Source: a virus | Taxonomy: Duplodnaviria; Caudoviricetes | Length of the DNA: 59,849 nt | IMG/VR virus record: IMGVR_UViG_3300027672_000013 | Span: 1 to 59,849 of that record | Direction: 5' to 3' (one strand) | In this document: one piece after another, positions 24,714 to 34,500 of the stretch | How positions within the stretch are numbered: the stretch's first letter is position 1 | Layout: every line of letters begins with the position of its first letter | Position numbers and translations under genes: made by a program | Notes under the pieces: model-generated | What the model was told of the DNA's origin: nothing | Databases searched by the model: none | The model's input: only the letters and a program-made list of their open reading frames with translations

Positions 24714-25265
24714 ATGAAACTTATTGTTACCAAAGACATACAGGCACTAGCCACGCTAGTGAATGAGATATGTGATTGCGATGTCTTCTCAAAGAGGAGA
24801 GTTAGAAAACATGTGGATGGACGAATGATATTCTCTAAAGTCCTAGCGAAGAAGGGGCTTACCCTTACGGGTATCGGTAAGATATTAGGAAAGAATCATG
24901 CGACGATATGCTTCTACCTCAGGAAGATAGATGGCTACCTTGAGTATGATGAGATACTCCGGAATAAATATGAGTATGTCGCAGGCATCTACGCTCCAAC
25001 CGATGATGTTCCTAACTACTACCAATATACTAGGACTGATTTGCTGTCAGAAATTAAAAGGTTGAGAGACTTACTTGAACAAGAGCAGTCAGCCAACAGA
25101 ACTACAACATCTCTTTATAAAAAGGCATCTAGAGATGACTCTAGGCTGTCCCCTATCTACAAGGTTATTAAAGAGAGAACCTCGCAAGGGGTGGAGTCTG
25201 AAGTCCTCCGTAAACTAAACCATATGTACAACGGGATTGATTTACGTGTACCTAAAGCATCATGA
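24714..25265 (+). CDS. DnaA domain IV-like HTH protein with a coiled coil
   Basis: SKRRVRKHVDGRMIF...LTGIGKILGKNHATI resembles Bac_DnaA_C. Confidence 0.65.
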   Translation: MKLIVTKDIQALATLVNEICDCDVFSKRRVRKHVDGRMIFSKVLAKKGLTLTGIGKILGKNHATICFYLRKIDGYLEYDEILRNKYEYVAGIYAPTDDVPNYYQYTRTDLLSEIKRLRDLLEQEQSANRTTTSLYKKASRDDSRLSPIYKVIKERTSQGVESEVLRKLNHMYNGIDLRVPKAS

Positions 25266-25417
25266 TGAAGTGTCCTCACTGTACCTCACAGCTTCATTGG
25301 AGTGGTGACTTTGACTACGAAGACTATGGGCGTGAAGGGGGTGGTGTAATAGGCAACTACTCATGCCCCAACGTCGCCTGCATCGTAGAGGATGTTGATA
25401 TTTTTATGAACGGATAG
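25262..25417 (+). CDS. Small Zn-ribbon protein (51 aa)
   Basis: MMKCPHC...WSGDFDYEDYG...YSCPNVAC; ATGA overlap; not in the track. Confidence 0.75.
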   Translation: MMKCPHCTSQLHWSGDFDYEDYGREGGGVIGNYSCPNVACIVEDVDIFMNG

Positions 25418-25439
25418 CGGGGGTTTAAACCCCCTGCTA
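25415..25439. repeat. Dispersed palindrome copy at the convergence of the two gene blocks
   Basis: TAGCGGGGGTTTAAACCCCCTGCTA. Confidence 0.85.
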
Positions 25440-25501
25440 ACTATATTTGCGGTTGGGTTTTGGTATCACCCATGCTTTGTTTCTTATTGTGTTTCTTGAT
25501 T

Positions 25502-25538
25502 AAGCCCTCCGTTTCTTGTTGCGGGGGGCTTTTTTTAT
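25502..25538. terminator. Probable bidirectional terminator
   Basis: AAGCCCTCCG...CGGGGGGCTT followed by TTTTATT, between convergent blocks. Confidence 0.65.
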
Positions 25539-28500
25539 TCACTAGGAAGTCGGTCATACTTCCTTTTATTCTCCCTTTCTTTCTCCCTTTCCTTCTTACG
25601 TTCTTTTGCAGGATTAGAACTGCGAGCCTCCTTTTCTTCCTTCTTCTTTTTTCTCTCATCCTTCTTATCCTTCTCCCTCTGCCCTTTCGTACTTAAGATT
25701 CCATCTTCAATATAGTTAGGTCGGCTACTACCCCCGATACCCATTGCCTCATAGAAGGATTCCATTGCTAAGATATCCTCATCGGTTCCCTCTATCATCT
25801 CTTCTGTAAACTCAAACAAACCTATGAAGTTGTTTACGTCACCTCTCACCGCAACGCTAAGCCCTGTTTTTAAAGCTGCTAGTGCTCCGTCTTTTCCCGT
25901 CTCTACATCTTTGAAGTTTCGTGTCAAGCCCTTGACAGGAGTTACGCCTTGCTCTCCCAAACGGAACCCATCTCCCATCATCCAACTAGCTACTCCCTCA
26001 GCGGCGCTTCCGAGGATAGGTATAAAGGATAGCAGGTTAAATCCCGCTGCAGCCAACATCAACTTTTTGTATACCTCTTCTCTATCCTCGTCATCCCCCG
26101 ACCATAACTTACCAAAGTTACCTGCTGCGGTAAAGAGAACGTTGGCTCCTGCAAAGTTCATATAGAACTTACGAACGTCCTTCAGCTTAGGAGCTTTTCT
26201 TTTACCTACATCACGACTTATGTTGATACCTGACTGCACAACGTTGTTAATCATTAGCATAGGAGCTGTTCCAAACATAGTTAACAGAGCTGTGTATGCA
26301 GATTGGTTCTGCATCATAACGCTTCTGTCAGCAGGGTTTCTACTTTGTTGTGATGAGTTATACTCTTCAAACTTTTCGATAGCTGTCTCGGTATCCATAC
26401 CGTTGATTATGTTACGGCGATAGTTTGCCATATACCCTAACACTCCCGCTATGTCACCCACCATAGTACCAAAGGCTGAGCCGCGCTCATTGAATCTCAT
26501 AAGGCTTCCCAATATTCCTTTCTTTCGGATAGCGGGGGTTGACTTTGTTCCGGTTTCAAGCCCTACGATATCACCCTTTACCCCTTGCTCTAAACGATGT
26601 CGGAACGAAGGAGAGTTTTCTTTGGCGAACTTAACATACTTCCTCCCTTGAGCTAAGACTATAGCGAAGTCTCCTAACCAAAGAAGTAAATCCGCACCCG
26701 GAATTCTCTTACCGTCTTTTCTAAAAGTGTAATCAGGGATAGCTAATACAGCAGAGGTAGCTTGCTTAACTATTTGAACAGCTTTCCACCCTAAAGCAAT
26801 CCCAACGAATACTGATGAAAGCAGAGATAAAGCTTTGTCATTATAGATAGCGTTCTTTCCTGAGTTAGGATTGATAGCTTGATTGATAGACTGTCTAACC
26901 AAATTACTTGTACCTGTCATATCCAAAGCTGTCTTCACAGCTTCGTTAGTCATGATGGAATTAAGAGTCCGTGTGTCAGCAGCGAAAGCCTTGAACCTTT
27001 CCATGGATTGGAAGTGGTCTTCTAGTGCTGTAGTAAATGCAGCGTTGTCAAGTATAATCTCGTTGTCTGTATCAACACGTTCTTTCAATGCATTGGCAAA
27101 CTCAGCATCAAAGATTCCCATGAAGTCTCCTCCTTCCAACAGGTTTACATCTGTTCCATTGGCTATCGTTTGAGTAGGGAAGTAGTTAGATATGTAGTTT
27201 AGATTAACATCGTTTACCTCGCGGTATACATTGTTTATCCCCTCGTAATAATCATTGCTTAGATAGTTGACAGTCTCGTCCACAAAGGACATCATGTCTT
27301 GGCCTAAGAAGTTTTCTATTTTAGCAGCAGTAATAGGGTCATCGAAATCTATACCCATACGCGCAAGCTTATCACGTTGAACAGGGTTCTTAGATAAAGC
27401 ATAGATACGCATGACCGCATCCTTAGTAAAGTTTTCTTCTCGTGTAGCAAGATTTGAATTCTTATCCTGCTTCCCTCTAATCCTAGTAATGTTATCTAGC
27501 GTAAGCTCATCCGCTGAGTATATCTCTCGACGCATAAGCTTATAGCTTTCGAACCCATACTTCTGAGCCATAGCATCCATAGAATCTATTTGATTGTAGT
27601 ACCCCTTAAGGTATCTGCTCTCTGCTCGATTCAGTCTATTATAAACCTCCCTCTTCATCTCAGGACCTAAGGTCTCCATGAATGTACCAAGGTGTAGAAC
27701 ACCTCGAACGGCAGACTTAATGACATCACTTACATTGCTACTTGTAAAAGCTTTTACATAAGTCTTAGATGCCAATATCATCTTCTTCCCACGCTCATTA
27801 AATCCTTTACCGTTTCCGGAACGCCATATCTTTCTAGCTTCTTTAAGCTTAGCGTTGAATTCGTTTTTGTTCAGTGGTTGCCCGTCTGAATTAAAGAAGC
27901 TAGGGAATAGTTGTTTGAGCTGAGCTGTTATCCCTTGGTTTATTTTAGCATTAGCCTCGGCCCGTGTAGCCCTTGTCTGAGCAAGGATAGTACGCTCCGC
28001 TAATTGACCATCTTTATACTCCTTGAATATCTCCTTGACCTGCTCAAGAGACATGTCATTGATACCTTGGAACTCTTGGAGAGCCATAGATTTTAATACA
28101 ATCCTCCTCTCCTTAGTCGTAAGGTTGTCAAATCCCTGCAAGGAATTCTTCTCGATAGCTTTAACGGCTTCCTCTGTCTCAAGTGAAACACGTATCTCAT
28201 CTAGTGCTGCCTGTCTCTTGACAGGGTCTGCTATAGTAGCGGCACTTAACACCTTGGTTAACTCAGCTGCAAACGCCTGAGCGTCTGCGCCTAACCTACC
28301 TCTCCGTGCTTTCTTACCTGAAGAAGATGACTTGCCTTTCTTTGCATCAGACTTAACCTCACTAGCCAATTTGCTGATGAGCTTATTCTTTATCTTCTTA
28401 TTCTGAATCTCTACCTGACCTAGCACATACTCCATGTCAGCAAGCAAGCTTGACTCTGTAGCTTTAGCCACTCGGTTTACAAGACGATTGATTTGCCCTT

Positions 28501-31500
28501 GACTATAGATGCCTGACTTAGGCATGTTGTCTCTAATAAACTTAGAAAGGACTCGTTTGGATTGCATCAAAGTCTGCGCTCCCTTTCGTCGTTGCTTTAT
28601 GTTATTACGAATAGCGCTTATCTCCTGAGATATATCTCTGTTAGCTTTGATGTTCATGCTCTTGTCAAGAGCTACAGTAAGCTGCTCCTGTACCTCAACA
28701 GATTGAGATTGGAACACAGGATTAGCCCTTAATAATTCAAGTGCTTTAGCTCTAACCTTTGAGAAGGATGGGTTCGCAGAGGAGTCGGCAAAAGCCTCTA
28801 CCTGACTGTATACATCGGCGTAGATATCTTTACCCACGTTCATACCACCATCTACGTTACCAAACTCTACAGGAACTGTAGGGCTAAACAAGTCAATCAC
28901 CTCAGACATAGACGCATCAATGGCTTCTGCGGTATACCCCCTATCCATAAGTAACTTCCTAATTGCTGCATCAGCATAGCCATTCTGTCTACCAAAAGAA
29001 ATGGTATCGTTCATAGACATAGACCCATTGTCTGTCCCTGTCATGAACTGTATATCTTCCGATAGTCCTACCTCTTGTGCTTCAGCAAACAGCTCATTCT
29101 GTGAGAGCAGGTCAACCACTACAGCTTGAGCGAATTCGTCAAGCGTTAAGTTTTGTAATTGTTCAGAGCTTAGGTCAGATATGCCGGTAAGCTCTTTGAT
29201 GAAGTTGAATAAATCGGTAAGCCAATTCTTAAAGTTTCTCTTCTCTGCTGCCTTAGTAAAGGACTCACCCTTATTACCAATAGCTAGTGCCAATGCCTCC
29301 TCGCGGATATAGGTATTTATTTCCTGAGGACTAGACCCATCCTTCTTCATCTGCTTAATGACACGCTGATAGTTTTTACTATCCTTTACCTGTTGCACGT
29401 ATGGTGAATCATCGGGAACTAAATCCATACCAACTTGATATGCTTCAGAGTTTAATGCCTTAGCGGTGTTCAGCCATATGTGACCGAACTCGTGGATAGG
29501 AGTGTTGTAGTTTTCAAGAGACGGGTTTAGGTATACCTTTCCCTCTGACACTACACCATAAATCTTTTGGTCTTTAGTGGTTAGCTTATTAGAGTACGCA
29601 TCTTTTATCAAAGCTTTGAACTCTGCCGCGTCAGTGACTACTTCAACTCCGGGGAATGAAGCGCTCAGTCTAGAAAGAAACTGTTCATAGTTAGTCTTGG
29701 TAGAAGGGGCTACACGCGATGATGTACCTGCCGTCATCATAGCAGAGCGCATCTCAGCAGCGCGAGCCTCTTTGGAGGTGGCCGCCTTGCCCTCTTTAAA
29801 AGCTTTTATTGTCCCGTAGTTATTGGTTATAAACCTTCTGATATTTTTTACATCAGTAACCCTACTCTTACTAGCTATAGCTTGACCTGCCTTATTGTAT
29901 ATGTCTACCGTTCGTGTGCCGTCAGTGTTAGTTACTACCCTAACATCAAGCGTCCTTCCTTTGTCATCTAAGACAGTGTACTTATCTCGTTTAGTTATTC
30001 TCTGAGTAACCTTTTGATTAATCTTTTCTAATGAGCTAGGCAGTACGTTCCAAAACGGAACGGTATCCTCAAGCAATCCAACCGCAGCACCTCGAATATA
30101 TATAGGATAGTTCGTGTGACTTGGAACATCCTCAGATTGTTGCTGCTCCTCGGTCATCATGAAGTCCCTCCAATTTTTATTGTTAGGGCCAAGAAGTTCC
30201 GGAGTTACTTTCCTTCCCTGAGCATCCCTTACCTCAAGCACCATAGTTAACGCTCCCATAGGAAGCCCCTCCGTAAACTGCTCAATGTTAGCAGCTCGGA
30301 TGCTCTCCATAGTAGCTCCTATCTCCTTGAGTTTAACATGAATATCAACCTTGCTTTGGACTTGGTCCGTAGGGAATAGGTTGGTTATAATATCAGCCCT
30401 TAGGTCTGTTCCAAGTTTATCTATGTTAATAAGGAACTCTTCAATGGTTGCGGATTCAATAGCATCTTGAGCTTTCTTATTGTCAGCAGGTTTAGTTCCA
30501 TACTTCCTGCCTTTAAGATATTCTTTGGCTTGCTCAAAAAGCTCTTGACTATTCTCTTGCTGAGAAATAAGGTCCATCGCATAACGAGCGGTAACCATAT
30601 TAGAATCCAAGGCACTTGGTTTCATGTTGTAGACTACAGTGTAGTCACCCTTAGATGCCCCAATAATAATTCTCTTAGCTGCTTCCTCATCGATAGATGC
30701 CCATGCTACCTTACCGAAGATGCCTTCTTGCAAAGCGAAGAACGGACCGCCCATACGGAATTCATCAACCTTTAGTTGGTCAGCCATCGCTAGGTTTACG
30801 CTCGTGTCATATAACTCCGAAAGCGGAATCCTACGCACCTTACTTACAAGCTCTCCATTTTCGGTAACAACAATCGGAACGCTTACCATAGTAGTTTCCT
30901 CTACAGTAAAGTCGTTCTCCGCTAACTCAGGTGATACCTCGTTCAATAACTTGGTGGCCTCTCTTACTTCTTTATCTGTAACACCAAAGCCATTCGTATC
31001 CTTTTCAATTTGGAAATTCCTTTGAGTAGAGGTATCAAACTTGGAGAAAGAAGAAGCCGTAGAGTAATCCGCAGGCATCGTCTTGCTATCGGGGTCTGCG
31101 TTTCGACGCACAATTTTAACGCGTTCTATAAGCGCGTCTTTAACCATGGATTTTTGAGAAGGGTTAAGCTTAGTGGCTGACTCAAATGCAATAGCTACAT
31201 AGCCGGGCCTGCCGTCTTCGTCCTTAATTACACCTTCCCCACCCTCGTACATTATGTAGTAATACTTTCCATCTACAGTTTTTTCAACAAAATCCTCCCT
31301 GTAATTCTCCCTAGGTCTCTCCCTGTCAAGGCTAAGATTAACCTGTTCTCCCTCTGTAAAAGACTCTAGCCCATTGCGAGTTCCATAAGCAAAGAACTTA
31401 CCTGCATTTACAGGACCCATCAGCTGCTGTCGCTCCTCAGCTCTTCGCTCTTCGGGGCTGACTTGAGCTTGCCGTTCTTTAGCTGCAGCCAAACGACGAA

Positions 31501-34500
31501 TTTTACCTTCAGACCACTGAGTGATAGCTCTGCCATATGCTTCTTGTGTTGCAAAGTCTGACTCTTGCAATGGGAACTGCTCAGCAGCTATCTCTTCAGC
31601 TGTATTCCCTTCTTGTCTAGATGCCAAAAGCTCAGCCTCAATCTCGGTAGCTGTTTGCTCAGGGGCGGGGGTTTGAACCCCCGCTTCAGCGGCTGCTTCT
31701 GTAACGGCCTGTCGATTCTGAGGGCTGAGCAGTTGGTCAGCCAACTCGGTAGGCGTTACGGTTGCTGTAGTTTCATTAACCGCTGCAGGCGCAACCTCAG
31801 GTAGTGGTTGGTTAAACTTATTGGCAAAGGATTTGAACTCTTCTAAGGAAACCCTTCCCTCTATCATCGCATTAAAAACATCGCTAAAAATTCCTTGGTC
31901 TCCATCTGAAATTGCCAAACGAAGGCTTCTTCCCCCCGCTCTAGACTGAGTTCTCCCCAATGGTATATCAGCACCTATTTTTCTAAGCGCACGAGTGACC
32001 GTGGCTGTCGGGGAATCTCCACTTATTACTGTTCGAATAATCTTCTGTATAGCAAAAAAGTCGTATCCCTCTGCTGCTAGTTCCTTTTTTCTTTTCTGAA
32101 TTTTAGGTGGGTACCCCGGTACCATCCCGTCATTTACAGGTGCAGCCTCTTCTACTACAGGAGCGGCCTCTTCTACTACTGCTTCAGGCGCAGCCTCTTC
32201 GACTCCTGCTAATTCATTTATCTGTCGCAACTGCTCTTCAGTAGCAGGAAACTTTCCGTCCGGTAGTGCAAACTTTGGAATACCGTTGCCTTGTCTTACG
32301 GACTTAGCGGCTTGTACGATTCTCCTCTTTGATTTAATCTCCTTAAGTTCAGCAGCTTCTTGTACGCCCAAGGCAGCAAGGGCAGCGGTATTAGCGGGTG
32401 AATCCTTACGCCTTTTAATTTTTGCTCGTTCTTTTTTAAATCTGTTTTTTAATTCTACTGCTTTTCTCTCGTACCTATTGAGTTCGAACGTCATCTCATC
32501 ATCAGTAAGCCGTTCGGTTGGAGCTGCTTCTTCCTGAACTACAGGCGCAGCTGCCTCTTCTACCGCGACTTCTTCTACTACAGGCGCAGCCTCCTCAACA
32601 GGAGCAGCCTCCTCAACTACAGGCTCAGGAGCAAACAATCCCTCACCAATTTCTTGAGATAAAGCCTCAGCCTCTGCGTTAACTGCAGCTTCCTCACTAG
32701 CTACTACTTCTTTCTGAAACTTGGTAAGCTTCTTACCATCAGCCTTTCTCTTCTCTATACCTGCCACGATACCATTAAGCCTTACCGGGTCAATGGTGCC
32801 GTTTCTAAATGCGTTTACGTCTGAACGTATAGGCTTGTCGATAGCCTCTACTACTTCCTCTTGAGCAATTTCTTCCGCAGCTTGGTCTTCGGCTTGAGTC
32901 TGCTCGGTAGCTTCGTCTGTTGCGGGTACTCCTTCTCCCACCTCTGCGCTATCTGTGGTTGGTTCTTGTGTAAGTACCTCCTCTGTGCTTGGCTCTTGAA
33001 TGGCATCTTCAGTATCTATAGTTGGTGTAACATTAAACGCCTCAACATCCCCGACTTCTATCCCTGTATTAACCGCATCAGTAACATCTACATCTTCACT
33101 AACCTCAGATAAAAGCCCTTCTACTAACGATGCTGTTTGAGAGTCGTTTGTTATTTGAGCATTGTCAGCTATACGCCTAAGTCTACGTGGGCTTGCATCC
33201 TCTATGTAAGAAAGGAACTGCTTCTTTGTCATCATCGTTCTTCCCACACGATAAGACGGTACTCCCTTCCTTCCGTACCCTGCAATATTCAAAGACGATA
33301 TATCTATAGCGCCTTCAACCACATCTCCCGTCTCGGATATGGTTCTAATCTCTGCATTGATATCAGCTATCGTGCCTTGAAAAACTTCCCTACGGCTGTT
33401 GGTAGATGACAGCCCATCACGAACTGCCATTAGTTCCATGAGCCTAGCCCTAGCCTTACCGCTGTTAGAGGAGGATACATCTAACAAATCATTTGCCTCT
33501 CTTCGTAGACCTACGTTCTCAAGGACACGCTGCCCCTGCTCAGCGTCTATCTTACCTAAACGAACCATGTTGTCAGTCCATCGCTGAATCTGAGTATCAC
33601 TTGAACCATCCAAGGCCATGGTTTCGGTATTCATAAACTCGTTAGCAAGACGGAGATTGTTATTTCCCATAGTTTGTCGTGCTATAGTAGCTGCGGCATT
33701 AGCCCCTTGGCTACCTATAGAACCTAAGCTCTCAGCAAGCACCTCCTTACCATCTATCTCATCGCCCACAGAGAGCATAGCCAATGCTTCACCCGCGCCT
33801 TCTGCTGCAGGGTCAAATATAAATCTCTCAAGAGTATAAGAAGCCACCTTAGCGCCCTTGCTTGCCGCTAAAGCAGGCTTGAATACCTTACCCGCCATTC
33901 CTCCTGCTATAAAATCCATAGCAGCGATTGTAATTCCACGCTTAAACCCCCTCTCTTTTCCTTCAGCCCATACCTTCTCGTCCCTCAATGCAAGAAACAT
34001 TTGTTCAGGGTTAGTAGCATCGTAGCCAAAGCTTCCCGCTGCTTCTAATAGCGCATTAGTATACTCCAATATAAAGGAGTTAACTGACATGCCCGTCCTT
34101 ACCCCATATCCGAAACCTGTAACGGCACCGGGTAAAGCGCCCACACCAAAAGCTGATACACCAACACCTGCTCCAACAGCGGTTCCTGAAAGTGTAGTTC
34201 CTGCAAGAATCTCTGCGCCATATGGAAGTACCTGAGCTAGGGAAGAACCCATAAAAGTAAGGGCAACTTCTGCAGGGTTATTTCTTAAAGCCCTTCGAAT
34301 CTCAGGTCCTGTACGTGCGTTATTATATCGACTCAATCCACGGGATTGATTTAAACTTTTTGATTCGTTAATCTGAATCATCTCAACAACAGCATCCATC
34401 AATGCCTTGTCATCCTCTACGTCAATACTTCCTGTAGCAAGCTTTAATAATACCTCAGCTCCCTCCCCTGTCTTTATACCATTACTCCACTCAACTTCAA

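Noticed and set aside
25441-25696. Track ORFs 25441..25659 and 25460..25696
   Set aside because: These are alternative frames of the low-complexity charged C-terminus of the giant gene and the terminator.
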